From: an uncultured Nitrospiraceae bacterium
GTDB taxonomy: Bacteria > Nitrospirota > Thermodesulfovibrionia > Thermodesulfovibrionales > Dissulfurispiraceae
Direction: 5' to 3'
Assembly (NCBI GenBank): GCA_963705105.1
Contig: CAVPIW010000006.1
Span: forward strand, 608,001 to 672,000
DNA: 64,000 nucleotides
Shown here piece after piece: positions 1 through 9,595 of this stretch. The position numbers were made by a program, and so were the translations under genes. The notes beneath the pieces are model-generated. The model ran no database searches and had not been told where the DNA came from. It saw nothing but the letters and a program-made list of their open reading frames with translations. The first letter of the stretch is position 1. Every line of letters begins with the position of its first letter.

Positions 1-2
1 CG

Positions 3-827
3 GACATCGCCGTCTCCGGCCTCTCACGCCTTTTCGACTGCCGGGGACCGGGTCTCCCCGTCGTGTCCGCCTGCGCGGCAGGTACGCAGGCCATCGGCGA
101 GGCCTGCAGCATCATACGGGACGGCAAGGCCGACGTGATGATCGCCGGGGGCTGCGAATCGACGCTGAACTTTCTCGGTTTCATCGGCTTCGTCCTGATC
201 AGGGCCATGGCAGAGAAGTACACGGACCCGCGGAAGGCATCACGCCCCTTTGACCGCAGGCGCAGCGGCTTCGTCATGTCGGAGGGCGCAGGCGCCCTCA
301 TACTCGAAGATCTCGATCACGCGCGGTCCCGCCGGGCGCCGGTGTACGGAGAAGTCCTCGGCTACGGCGCATCAGCCGATGCGTACAGGATCACGGACGT
401 CCATCCGAAGGGAACGGGAGCCGTCCTGGCGATGCGCCGCGCCATTGAAGACGCGGGCCTTTCAGCCGGCGACGTCGACTACATCAACGCCCACGGGACG
501 TCGACAACCCAGAACGACCCCGTCGAGACTCGCGCCATCAGGGAGGTCTTCGGTGACCGGGCCGGCAGGATCCCTGTCAGCTCGAACAAGTCGATGCTCG
601 GCCATACCATCGCGGCGGCAGGGGCGATCGAGTGCATCCTCTCCCTCATCGGCATGCATCGCTCCATCATCCTGCCGACGATCAACTATGAGTTCCCCGA
701 TCCCAAATGCGACCTCGATTACGTGCCCAATGAAGCGCGCACGCAGGAACACGGCGTCGTCCTGTCCAATTCCTTCGGTTTCGGGGGACAGAACGCCTGC
801 CTCTGCATCGGGAAGTTCAATGAATAG
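3..827 (+). CDS. fabF: Beta-ketoacyl-ACP synthase (FabF-like), 5' end outside window
   Basis: Frame open from window start. Catalytic motifs SACAAG, HGTST and HTIAAAG; C-terminal SNSFGFGGQN. Confidence 0.9.
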   Translation, partial: DIAVSGLSRLFDCRGPGLPVVSACAAGTQAIGEACSIIRDGKADVMIAGGCESTLNFLGFIGFVLIRAMAEKYTDPRKASRPFDRRRSGFVMSEGAGALILEDLDHARSRRAPVYGEVLGYGASADAYRITDVHPKGTGAVLAMRRAIEDAGLSAGDVDYINAHGTSTTQNDPVETRAIREVFGDRAGRIPVSSNKSMLGHTIAAAGAIECILSLIGMHRSIILPTINYEFPDPKCDLDYVPNEARTQEHGVVLSNSFGFGGQNACLCIGKFNE

Positions 828-832
828 AGAAC

Positions 833-2101
833 ATGGATGATCCTATCGTCATAACCGGCATGGGCATCGCAACCTCCCTCGGACGGGATGCGGACGAGGT
901 CTGGCGGGCCCTCCTCTCCGGCGCGACGGGGATCGGGCCCGTCAGAGGCTTTGACGCCTCCGGCTTTCCATGCCCGCTTGCCGCCCAGATCACCGCTCCC
1001 GATGCCCCTGATACCGGGATCCCGTCCCGTGACGGGCGAGTCACGGACAGTCCAGCCTGCCTTACGAAGAGCGCCCACGACGCCTGCCGTCAGTCACACA
1101 TCGACACGGTCCAGCCGGAGGACATCTCCTTCTTTGCCGGCATGGGCATGATTGATTACAGTCCTGATGACCTCATTCGCGCCGTCCTGTATTCCCGTGA
1201 CAAAGCGGGCGCTCTCGATTACGACCTCTTCTTCAGCGAGGGATACAGGGAGATTCCCCCGCTTTGGCCCCTGGCGATGCTGAACAATGTGATCTTTTGC
1301 GAGGTCGCCATAAACCTCGGCATAAGGGGTGAAAATACCGTCTTTTCACCCCACGCCGATTCCGGCGCCCGTGCTGTCGCCGAGGCGATGTACACGGTGA
1401 GGGAGCACCCCGCGGGGGTCACCCTTGCCGGCGGCGTCAGCGAAAAGGTCTCCCTCTCAAGTCTCGCGAGGGCCCATCTCTCCGGCGCCCTGAGCACCGG
1501 CGGAGGAAGGAACACCTGCGCCTGCCGTCCCTTCAGCGTCGACCGCAATGGGACAATCCTCGGAGAAGGGACCGCCCTGCTTGTGCTGGAGCGTCAGTCC
1601 TCCGCCGGACGGAGAGGAGTGTCTCCCCTGGCAGCGCTCATGGGATATGGTACGGCCAGCGAAAGCAGGGACGTTGCCGGGGGGCCGACGCCGGCCGCCG
1701 TTGTTGAAGCAATGGAATTGGCCCTTGCCGACGCCGGTCTCAAAGCGTCGGACATCGATGCCGTTGTCGCACACGGCGATGGGACGGTGGATGGCGACAG
1801 CATCGAGACAGCCGCCCTCGGCCGGGTTTTTTCCCGCTCCAGCCGTCGACCCGGTATATATTCATCAAAGGGTGCGATCGGCCATCTCCTCGCCGGCGCT
1901 CCCGTCGCCGATGCCGTCATCGCCGTATCAATGATCCGGACGGGCATCATCCCGGGGACGATCACATCGCTCCCCCTGGAGAACAGTATCTCTCCGCTCG
2001 TCGTTTACGGGGAGCCGAAAAAGACCAACCCGACAAGGGTCCTCGTCAATTGCCAAAGCGTCGAGGGACAGGCGGCATCCATCATCGTGGGCGCGGTGTA
2101 G
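833..2101 (+). CDS. Ketosynthase-like protein lacking the catalytic Cys (chain-length-factor-like)
   Basis: KS fold motifs (VITGMG, RPFSVDRNGTILGEG, HGDGT, SSKGAIGHL), but PHADSG sits where TACASG is expected. Confidence 0.8.
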   Translation: MDDPIVITGMGIATSLGRDADEVWRALLSGATGIGPVRGFDASGFPCPLAAQITAPDAPDTGIPSRDGRVTDSPACLTKSAHDACRQSHIDTVQPEDISFFAGMGMIDYSPDDLIRAVLYSRDKAGALDYDLFFSEGYREIPPLWPLAMLNNVIFCEVAINLGIRGENTVFSPHADSGARAVAEAMYTVREHPAGVTLAGGVSEKVSLSSLARAHLSGALSTGGGRNTCACRPFSVDRNGTILGEGTALLVLERQSSAGRRGVSPLAALMGYGTASESRDVAGGPTPAAVVEAMELALADAGLKASDIDAVVAHGDGTVDGDSIETAALGRVFSRSSRRPGIYSSKGAIGHLLAGAPVADAVIAVSMIRTGIIPGTITSLPLENSISPLVVYGEPKKTNPTRVLVNCQSVEGQAASIIVGAV

Positions 2102-2109
2102 GGGGCGGC

Positions 2110-2547
2110 ATGCGTTTTCTTTTTTATGACGTCGTGACGGACATCGAAAAAGGGAAATCAATACGGGGCATAAAGACGTTCGCCCTCTCGGAAGAGATTT
2201 TCCGCCGGCATTTCCGGAGGGAGGCCGTCATTCCCGGCGTGATCATGATCGAGGCGATGGCCCAGATTCTCGGGTGGCTCATCATTTACAGCCATGATTT
2301 CACGGTCTCTCCCGTCATGTCCCTCATCGAGGATGTGAAAGTCACCCCGCGCCTCAGGCCGGGGATTGCAGTGGAAATCGCCGGAGAGATCATCTCGACC
2401 TCACCGGGGGATTCCCTCGGGAGGGTGCGCATGACCGCCGGGGGCAAAGAGATCGCGTCTATCGGCCGCATCATTTACAGCCATGTCCGGAAGGCGGCGC
2501 CCGATGAACTTAGAAAGAGATTCCGCTATTACGGCGGTGTGTCATGA
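2110..2547 (+). CDS. FabZ/FabA-like 3-hydroxyacyl-ACP dehydratase
   Basis: HFRREAVIPGVIMIEAMAQ hotdog-fold motif; ATG at 2110 just after the upstream stop. Confidence 0.8.
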   Translation: MRFLFYDVVTDIEKGKSIRGIKTFALSEEIFRRHFRREAVIPGVIMIEAMAQILGWLIIYSHDFTVSPVMSLIEDVKVTPRLRPGIAVEIAGEIISTSPGDSLGRVRMTAGGKEIASIGRIIYSHVRKAAPDELRKRFRYYGGVS

Positions 2548-3836
2548 AAAGGAATAAAAGAAAGGTGGTCGTGACCGGTCTCGGCATGGTGACCCCCCTG
2601 GGGCTCGACGTCGAAGAGACCTGGACAAGGCTTCTCGCCGGAGAATCGGGCGTCAGGAGGATATCCTGTCCGGAGACGACGCACTCGCCGATACAGGCTG
2701 TCGGTGACGTGCGTGAAGAGGACTGGCGCGTGATTACAGAGGCATTTCCGGATGAAGCGGGCCGCGAGGGAGAGAGGAGAACGCTCTTCGCCCTCTGGGC
2801 TGCAGAAAGGGCCCTTTCCGACGCGGGACTGACAGGTTCGGCGCTATCGGGGCGCCGCAGCGGCGTGATGCTTGCGACAGGGATCGGCATCAACAGGCTT
2901 GAGGACATACACCGGTGGACCCTGGCCAACGGGACCTTCGATGCCCTCCGTTTCGGCTCCGAATTCTCTGCTGTGCACGCCGAGTCGATCGTGCGGAATC
3001 ATTCCCACAGGCCGGCCGCGCTCATAGCAAAACGATACGGCCTCAGGGGACCGAACGCCACCCTGACAACGGCCTGCGCTTCGACGACACAGGCGATCGG
3101 CTTCTCCTTCAGGTCCATCCGGAGAGGCGAGGCCGACATCATGGTCGCCGGCGGCACCGATTCCATGATCAACCCCGTGGGACTCGTCTTTTTCGTTCTT
3201 CTCGGGGCCGCCTCGACAACAGCGGATGACCCCGCGTCGGCATGCCGCCCCTTCGACAGGAAACGGTCGGGCCTCGTCATGGGCGAGGGGGCCGGCATGG
3301 TCGTGCTGGAGGAGGAAGACCACGCCCTGTCCCGGGGCGCAACGATCTATGCCGAGGTGGCCGGCTTCGGCACGTCCCTCGATGCCTACCGGATCACGGC
3401 CCCCCACCCCGAGGGGCGCGGGGCGATCCAGGCCATGCGCGCATCCCTTGATGACGCGGGGCTCGAACCCGATGCAATCGATTATATCAACGCACACGGG
3501 ACGGGAACGAAGCGGAACGATGTCGTCGAGACCGAGGCGATCAAGCAGCTCTTCGGCGATCATGCCTACCGCATGGCCGTCAGTTCGACGAAGTCGATGA
3601 TGGGCCACCTGCTCTGCGCGGCCGGAGGCCCTGAATTCGCCTTTACGGTCCTTTCCGTCAACCGCGACAGGGTCCACCCAACGATCAATCTCACCAGCCC
3701 CGACCCGAAATGCGATCTCGATTATGTACCGCACGTCATGAAGGAACGGGACATCCGTGCGGCTATCTCGAATTCCTTCGGCTTCGGCGGCCAGAACGCC
3801 TCGATCGTCGTCAGGAAATACCGGAGGGATATATGA
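2544..3836 (+). CDS. fabF: Beta-ketoacyl-ACP synthase II (FabF-like)
   Basis: TACAST, HGTGT, HLLCAAG and SNSFGFGGQN motifs; ATGA overlap with the upstream gene. Confidence 0.9.
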   Translation: MKRNKRKVVVTGLGMVTPLGLDVEETWTRLLAGESGVRRISCPETTHSPIQAVGDVREEDWRVITEAFPDEAGREGERRTLFALWAAERALSDAGLTGSALSGRRSGVMLATGIGINRLEDIHRWTLANGTFDALRFGSEFSAVHAESIVRNHSHRPAALIAKRYGLRGPNATLTTACASTTQAIGFSFRSIRRGEADIMVAGGTDSMINPVGLVFFVLLGAASTTADDPASACRPFDRKRSGLVMGEGAGMVVLEEEDHALSRGATIYAEVAGFGTSLDAYRITAPHPEGRGAIQAMRASLDDAGLEPDAIDYINAHGTGTKRNDVVETEAIKQLFGDHAYRMAVSSTKSMMGHLLCAAGGPEFAFTVLSVNRDRVHPTINLTSPDPKCDLDYVPHVMKERDIRAAISNSFGFGGQNASIVVRKYRRDI

Positions 3837-4585
3837 AGATCGACTTGAACGGGAAGATTGCCCTTGTCACGGGGGCATCCAGGGGCATCGGCAAGGAGAC
3901 AGCCGTTGTCCTTGCCGAAGCGGGCGCGAGGGTCATCATCAACTATAAGGCCACCGAGGAAGCGGCCCGGCAGCTCCATGACGGGCTTGCCGAAAGAGGG
4001 CTCGCCTGCGAGACCGTCCGGGCCGACGTGAGCGACCCTGACGACGTGGCGCATCTCTTCGACGCCATCCGGCAGAAACACGGGCGGATCGACATCCTCG
4101 TGAACAATGCCGGAGTGATCAGGGACAATCTCCTGCTGACCATGGAGCTGTCCGACTGGGACAAAGTTGTCGACCTGAACCTCAGGGGCGCTTTCCTCTG
4201 CACGAAGCACGCCGCCGAGCTGATGCTGCCAAACCATGCCGGCAAGATCATCAATGTCTCGTCCGTCGGGGCCCTCAGGGGAGGCCGCGGGCAGACGAAT
4301 TACGCGGCAGCGAAGGGCGGCCTCATCTCCTTCACGAGGGCCTGCGCCGTCGAGCTCTCCGGGAAGGGCATCCAGGTCAACGCCGTCCTGCCGGGCCTGA
4401 TCGAGACGGACATGACGAAACGGGTGAGGAAGCGGGCCGGCGACGAGATCCTGAAGGCGATCCCTTCGGGACGTTTCGGCACGCCTCAGGACGTGGCCAG
4501 ACTCATCCTCTTCCTGGCATCAAGCCTGTCCGACTATATCACCGGCCAGGCGATAGCAGTCGATGGGGGGATGACGGCCCTGTGA
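3833..4585 (+). CDS. fabG: 3-oxoacyl-ACP reductase (SDR)
   Basis: TGASRGIG, NNAG and YAAAK motifs; ATG at 3833 overlaps the upstream stop. Confidence 0.9.
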   Translation: MKIDLNGKIALVTGASRGIGKETAVVLAEAGARVIINYKATEEAARQLHDGLAERGLACETVRADVSDPDDVAHLFDAIRQKHGRIDILVNNAGVIRDNLLLTMELSDWDKVVDLNLRGAFLCTKHAAELMLPNHAGKIINVSSVGALRGGRGQTNYAAAKGGLISFTRACAVELSGKGIQVNAVLPGLIETDMTKRVRKRAGDEILKAIPSGRFGTPQDVARLILFLASSLSDYITGQAIAVDGGMTAL

Positions 4586-4968
4586 AGATCTATCACGGCA
4601 TCGACATCGTAGAGATGGGCAAGTTCAGGACCATTGCCGGCCGGCACGAACGCATGCTCGACGATGTATTCACCGACGAAGAGCGGCGCTATTGTCACGC
4701 CCAGGCCGATCCCCTGCTCCATTTCGCGGGACGCTTCGCTGCGAAGGAGTCCTGTCTCAAGGCCCTCGGGATCGGTCTCTCCGTGACGGGCATCGATGCC
4801 GTTCTCGGGCAGATCGGCGTCCGCTCCGGCCCTTCGGGAAAACCGTCCCTGGCCTTCAGCGGCTGGGCCGCAGGGATCGTACAAAGAAAAAGAATCGGCG
4901 ATGCCGTTGTGACGATCTCCCATTCCGGGGACTACGCCGTCGCATCGGTCATCCTCGTCGGATTGTGA
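4582..4968 (+). CDS. acpS: Holo-ACP synthase (phosphopantetheinyl transferase)
   Basis: GIDIVE, FAAKES, GKP and ISHS motifs. Confidence 0.9.
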   Translation: MKIYHGIDIVEMGKFRTIAGRHERMLDDVFTDEERRYCHAQADPLLHFAGRFAAKESCLKALGIGLSVTGIDAVLGQIGVRSGPSGKPSLAFSGWAAGIVQRKRIGDAVVTISHSGDYAVASVILVGL

Positions 4969-4980
4969 AAGGGGGAGCGT

Positions 4981-5439
4981 GTGCGGTACCTTTTGGTCGA
5001 TTCCATCGGGGCATGGACACCGGGCGAGCAGATCCAGGGCAGCAAGAACATCGCTATGAGTGAGGATTTTCTCGAATTCCATTTCCCGGGAAACCCCGTC
5101 ATGCCCGGCGTGCTGATGCTCGAAGCGATGACACAGCTCGCCGGATGGCTCGAAGCGGCGTCGTCGGATTTCAGGAACTGGCTCCTCATCGCAGAGGTGA
5201 AAAACTGCAGGTTCTACCGCCTTGCCGTTCCGGGCGACCGGATCGAGCTCACCGTTACCTTCCTTCCCGGCCCGGCACCGGGGCAGCGGTCCTGCCGGGG
5301 GATCGGGACCGTGGGGGGGAAAAAGACGATCCTTGCCGAGTTCACCGCCGGCGTTGTGGCGCTGGAGGAACTTGAAAGCGCGGACGAGCAGAGGAAGCTC
5401 TTCCAGGTGCTCACGAGAGGACAGGTGAAAGGTGACTGA
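4981..5439 (+). CDS. fabZ: FabZ-like 3-hydroxyacyl-ACP dehydratase
   Basis: HFPGNPVMPGVLMLEAMTQ motif. Confidence 0.85.
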   Translation: MRYLLVDSIGAWTPGEQIQGSKNIAMSEDFLEFHFPGNPVMPGVLMLEAMTQLAGWLEAASSDFRNWLLIAEVKNCRFYRLAVPGDRIELTVTFLPGPAPGQRSCRGIGTVGGKKTILAEFTAGVVALEELESADEQRKLFQVLTRGQVKGD

Positions 5440-6739
5440 GAGGCACGTCGTCATAACAGGGATGGGGCTTGTCACACCTCTCGGCGTCGGCATCGAAGAA
5501 AACCGGACGCACCTGCGCGACCTGAAAACAGGCATTGCCCGGCATGCGGCACCGGCCATGCCGGAACGCTTCGCCTATGCCGGAAAGATCACCGGCGACC
5601 TGAAATTTGAAGGGGATAACGATCCGAAGGTAAAGGGACAGTTGAAGTTTCTCAACAGAGGCTCATTGCTCGGTTTCCTTGCCGCCCGCGAGGCGATCTC
5701 TTCATCGGGAATCAACCTCGACGTCCTCAGCCCCGAAAAGCGCTCCCTCTACATCGCCTCGGGAGACCAGACCAAGGTCGGCTATGATTTCCTTTATCCC
5801 GCCGTCCGCGACAGCGCAGACCCGGAATGGCGGAATGCGGACAGGCAAAAACTGAACCGCTCCACTCTCGACAAGGTCAACCCCTTCTTCCTGCTCGAAT
5901 CCATCCTGAACAACCTCTTCAGTTTCCTCTCGGCCTTCTTCGAATGCATGGGACCAAACACGACGCTGGGCAGTCATTCGCCCTGCGGGGTCAGCGCCCT
6001 TGAGCTCGGCTGCCGGAGCATCCGCAACGGGACGGCGGACATGGCCCTCGTCGTCGGGTGCGGGAACTGGATCACCGGGATTCCCCTCTATGAAATGGAC
6101 GGCCTCGGGCTGATCTCAGGGTGCCACGACGGCGCCGCCTCGTTCAGGCCCTTTGACATGCGAAGGGATGGATACATACCGGGAGAGGGAGGCGCTGCCG
6201 TTCTTCTGGAGGCGGCAGACAGCGCGGCGGACCGCAAAGCGCCCGTTCATGCCCGTCTGGAGGGATTCGGCAGCACCGTCACGCCGGCCTTCGGCGGCAG
6301 CGGCATGGTCATCCCGGATCTCATCAGCGCACGGAGCATTGCGGCTGCCCTCGGCGATGCGGGAGCGGGGCTGTCCGATCTTTCCTTTATCGTTGCCCAT
6401 GGCGAGGGCTCACCCGCGGGAGACCGGTCCGAGCTTGCGTCTATTGCCGCTGTCAACGGCGGTGTCATGCCCCCCGTGCCGATGTGCGCGCTCAAGCCCT
6501 ATACCGGCCACCTTGCCGCGGCGAGCGACATCGCCGACATCATCCTCTCCGTCATGGCCGCACGAGAGGGCATGGTCCCGGGGACCCTCAATTTTGCGGA
6601 GCCCGACGGGGAATTCAGGGAGGCCAATATATCGGCCCTCCATCGGCCCTGCAAGGGCGGACCGTTCCTCTCTGTCAGCTACGGTTTGGGCGGGCAGTCC
6701 TCGGCCGTCGTCGTGAGGCCGATGCAGGATCATGACTGA
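5432..6739 (+). CDS. Ketosynthase-like protein with altered active site (chain-length-factor-like)
   Basis: KS motifs (VVITGMGLVTPLG, RPFDMRRDG, HGEGS, KPYTGHL), but SHSPCG replaces TACASG. Confidence 0.8.
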   Translation: MTERHVVITGMGLVTPLGVGIEENRTHLRDLKTGIARHAAPAMPERFAYAGKITGDLKFEGDNDPKVKGQLKFLNRGSLLGFLAAREAISSSGINLDVLSPEKRSLYIASGDQTKVGYDFLYPAVRDSADPEWRNADRQKLNRSTLDKVNPFFLLESILNNLFSFLSAFFECMGPNTTLGSHSPCGVSALELGCRSIRNGTADMALVVGCGNWITGIPLYEMDGLGLISGCHDGAASFRPFDMRRDGYIPGEGGAAVLLEAADSAADRKAPVHARLEGFGSTVTPAFGGSGMVIPDLISARSIAAALGDAGAGLSDLSFIVAHGEGSPAGDRSELASIAAVNGGVMPPVPMCALKPYTGHLAAASDIADIILSVMAAREGMVPGTLNFAEPDGEFREANISALHRPCKGGPFLSVSYGLGGQSSAVVVRPMQDHD

Positions 6740-7715
6740 CCCTGCCCGACAGGGCAAATCCCGTCCCGGCAGGAAACCCAAAAAGGGCAAGGCCGTCCAG
6801 CTCATCGAATACGGGGCCGTCAAGACCCTCCTTTTCCTTGTCCGCCTGACCCCTCTCGGCGTTATCCGCAGGCTCAGCAGGGTCCTGGGCACGCTTTTCT
6901 TCCGCCTCGTCAAGAAGAGGCGCCTCATCGCCCTCAACAACCTCGGCGCAGCGCTCGGAAAAGAACGGAACGAGGTCGAGCTGAGGGACATCGCCCGGGA
7001 GAGCTTCGCCTCCTTTTTCCTCACCTATTTCGAGATCGCCAAGTTTCACTCTCTCCTGAAACATCCCGGCGCCGTCGAAGGCCTCGTCGAAGACCCCCCT
7101 GAAGTGGAGAGGATATTCAAAAAGGCAAAGGGGTTTCATGACGAGTGGAAGGGATGCATTTTCGTCACCCCCCACATCGGCAACTGGGAAATGCTGCCCC
7201 ATGTCAGCGCCGTCGTCGGCATTCCCCTTGTCATCGTCGCGCGACCGCTCGACAACGTCTACCTCGAAAGGGTCCTCTACCGTGACCGCGCCGGCAGCGG
7301 CCAGGTGATCATCCCCAAGAGGAACGCCCTCTTCGCCCTCCAGAAGACGCTCCAGAACGGCAGGTCAATCGGTATGCTCCCCGACCAGAGCACGATGCAG
7401 GGCCTTGCCGTCCCCTACTTCGGCAGGAATGCCTTTACCACTCCGGTTCCGGCGATCCTGTCCGCGCTCTACAAGAGACCCATCGTCGTCGTCGCCTGCT
7501 GCAGGAACAGAAAGACGGGTAAGTTTGAGGGCGTCGTCTCCGACCCGATCCTGCCGGGCGAGTATACGAGCGAGAAAGAGGAAATCCACAGGCTCACGGA
7601 AATGATGAACAGGACCATGGAGGACGTCGTACGCAGATACCCGGAGCAGTATCTCTGGATGCACAACCGGTGGAAGACTTACGCCGGCAGGCGCGCAAAA
7701 CCGGCAGGGGCCTAG
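6732..7715 (+). CDS. Lipid A lauroyl/lysophospholipid acyltransferase (LpxL/HtrB family)
   Basis: HIGNWE, LPDQ and PEQYLWMHNRWK motifs; N-terminal hydrophobic helix. Confidence 0.85.
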   Translation: MTDPARQGKSRPGRKPKKGKAVQLIEYGAVKTLLFLVRLTPLGVIRRLSRVLGTLFFRLVKKRRLIALNNLGAALGKERNEVELRDIARESFASFFLTYFEIAKFHSLLKHPGAVEGLVEDPPEVERIFKKAKGFHDEWKGCIFVTPHIGNWEMLPHVSAVVGIPLVIVARPLDNVYLERVLYRDRAGSGQVIIPKRNALFALQKTLQNGRSIGMLPDQSTMQGLAVPYFGRNAFTTPVPAILSALYKRPIVVVACCRNRKTGKFEGVVSDPILPGEYTSEKEEIHRLTEMMNRTMEDVVRRYPEQYLWMHNRWKTYAGRRAKPAGA

Positions 7716-8010
7716 CCGTTGCCTTGCGGTTCTCATCTGGCTTCTCTTGCCGCCTTTTCCTGCATTACCCCTTCATGCAGCCAGAACTTTATCAGGGACC
7801 CCTCTGTCCACACGATCTTCTGACGTATCTCATCGAGCCAAAGCGCCCCGCTTTTTCCCTGCACCGCGCACATCCATTCACGCCGGAGTCTTTCAATGCA
7901 CCACTGGATTCACACCTTCATGCGGATATTCCTTTGACTGTCAAACATGTGACCCCCTCGAACCGAATACTCCGGCGAGTAATGAGAGTCAAGGAGCCGA
8001 AGTGGCGATA

Positions 8011-8039
8011 TTGACTTTTGTTCTCATATTTGCTAACCT
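8011..8039 (+). promoter_or_regulatory. Sigma70-type promoter of the toxin gene (probably leaderless mRNA)
   Basis: TTGACT-17 nt-TAACCT with TG extension; ATG 6 nt after the -10 box; no SD. Confidence 0.6.
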
Positions 8040-8045
8040 CACCGT

Positions 8046-8372
8046 ATGAAGTTCACCATAGAATATTTTCATCCGCGGGTTAAAGAAGAGATCGAGGCTT
8101 GGCCTGACGGCATATTGGCTGATTTCGCCCGAATTGTTGAACTTCTTATGGAATTCGGACCAGATCTGCGCATGCCCCATTCACGTGCCATGGGAGGCGG
8201 CCTTTTTGAATTGAGACCGCGCGGCAGAGAAGGCATTGGTCGAGTGTTCTATTGCTTCGTCGTTAGTCAGCGTGTCGTGATACTTCACTCTTTCATCAAG
8301 AAAGCACAAGAAACCCCGGAGCGGGAATTGAAAATTGCCCGACAAAGGCAAAGGGAGGTTCAAAATGGCTGA
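8046..8372 (+). CDS. RelE/HigB-superfamily toxin (Gp49/DUF891-like)
   Basis: MPHSRAMGGGLFELR...RVFYC...LHSFIKK signature; lies upstream of an HTH antitoxin. Confidence 0.85.
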   Translation: MKFTIEYFHPRVKEEIEAWPDGILADFARIVELLMEFGPDLRMPHSRAMGGGLFELRPRGREGIGRVFYCFVVSQRVVILHSFIKKAQETPERELKIARQRQREVQNG

Positions 8373-8697
8373 ATTGAAATATAAACCGGTCATCCATGAC
8401 CATGACAAGTTTCTTGAAACAGCCCTTAGGAGGAAGGATTTCAAGGAAGCATACGCGGATTTGGAAGCGGAGTACGCCCTTATCAGGGAGATGCTTGCTG
8501 CTCGTGCGAGATCAGGCCTCACTCAGGAAGCGGTTGCAGAATTGATGGGGACGACAAAAAGCGCGGTTTCAAGATTGGAAGCAGGGGGAAAGCATGCACC
8601 TTCACTGAGTACTCTCAAGAGGTATGCTCGCGCTGTCGGCTGCCATCTGGAAATCAAATTGGTTCCCGATGGCCGAACCAATCGCTCGACGCGGTAA
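8365..8697 (+). CDS. XRE/HigA-type HTH antitoxin
   Basis: GLTQEAVAELMGTTKSAVSRLE HTH; SD GGAGG; overlaps the toxin stop. Confidence 0.85.
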   Translation: MAELKYKPVIHDHDKFLETALRRKDFKEAYADLEAEYALIREMLAARARSGLTQEAVAELMGTTKSAVSRLEAGGKHAPSLSTLKRYARAVGCHLEIKLVPDGRTNRSTR

Positions 8698-8799
8698 CAT
8701 CAGACCGCGCTCCGGACTTCTGGTGTAACTGCCTGCCGTCCCAGGCATAGACCTTCGACGTAACCCTTGTGGTATAACATGGTCGCGGAGGTGGTCACT

Positions 8800-9063
8800 G
8801 TGAAACTAATGACCGTCAAGGAATTCAGGGATCACGCATCGAAGGCGATGAAAAGCAAAGAACCACTCATTATTCTGCGGCGCGGCGAGGTCGCCGGCAT
8901 TTTCTTCCCGATGCCGTTGGATACCATCCCCTTCGATCTCAGAAAGGATGTATTCGTCAGCCTCACCGATTCCATAAAGAAGAGGCTGAACGACCAGGGA
9001 GTCACTGAGGACGAAATCCTTGATGACTTTGAAATTCTAAGGAAATCTCGCCGTAGACGCTAA
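8800..9063 (+). CDS. Phd/YefM-like antitoxin
   Basis: MTVKEFRDHAS...EPLIILRRG pattern; SD GGAGGTGG; followed by a PIN toxin remnant. Confidence 0.6.
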   Translation: MKLMTVKEFRDHASKAMKSKEPLIILRRGEVAGIFFPMPLDTIPFDLRKDVFVSLTDSIKKRLNDQGVTEDEILDDFEILRKSRRRR

Positions 9064-9094
9064 CCAGATCCTTGCCGCCATCATAGGTGGCCGA
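9029..9094 (+). pseudogene. PIN-domain toxin 5' remnant
   Basis: Reads NLAVDANQILAAIIGGR (PIN N-terminal motif). It has an in-frame stop near the start and is cut off at the junction with the integrase remnant. Confidence 0.55.
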
Positions 9095-9447
9095 CGGAGT
9101 TCCCTGATGAATTCGTCTTCGATATGTTGCCACACGTCTTGTCCGGCCTCATCCTGCGGGATGGGCGCTACTGTTTTCTGTACTCCCGTAAAGTAGCTGA
9201 AAAGGCGGACTGCCTCTTTCGCCTGCTGCACCTGCCGGTCTTCATGGTTCTTTGCCGGATCATGGACATACGCCGCGATGCTGTCCGGGGCGTTATCGTC
9301 AAAATTGCTACGGCTGCGGAATTCGTGGAAGCGGTTCACCCACCGGAGATAGTAAGGTAAGCGCTTTTCAGAAACACCGTGCTTCCTGGCAAGGAAGTCC
9401 TGAAAGTCCTTGAATAACGAATCTTGGTTCTTATGCGTCGAGAGCAT
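9095..9447 (-). pseudogene. Integron-integrase-like tyrosine recombinase, N-terminal remnant (catalytic domain deleted)
   Basis: FQDFL...EKRLPYYLRWVNRF...QVQQAKEAVRLF...WQHIEDEFIRELR resembles integrase N-terminal SAM-like domains. It is divergent from an attI-like site and attC-bounded cassettes. Confidence 0.7.
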
Positions 9448-9526
9448 AATATCCCTTTTCGGTGATATAAGACAGCTACTTTTAGCCCCAAAACGTCGCC
9501 AAAACCCGTCTTTCTGACCTGTCTGA

Positions 9527-9555
9527 TTGACTCGCCCCCTTTTTTCCGCTATGAT
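9527..9555 (+). promoter_or_regulatory. Cassette promoter (Pc-like)
   Basis: TTGACT-17 nt-TATGAT pointing into the cassette array. Confidence 0.7.
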
Positions 9556-9569
9556 GTGATCAAATGCAG

Positions 9570-9595
9570 TCGACAGCTAAAGAATAATGTTCGCT
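9570..9595 (+). other. attI-like recombination site (core GTTCGCT at 9589-9595)
   Basis: The core is the exact reverse complement of the inverse core AGCGAAC of the attC at 12362. Confidence 0.65.

Noticed and set aside
3..7715. Calling the cluster ladderane or aryl polyene biosynthesis outright
   Set aside because: No ACP, radical SAM enzyme, methyltransferase or aromatic starter ligase is visible in the window; only the architecture is similar.
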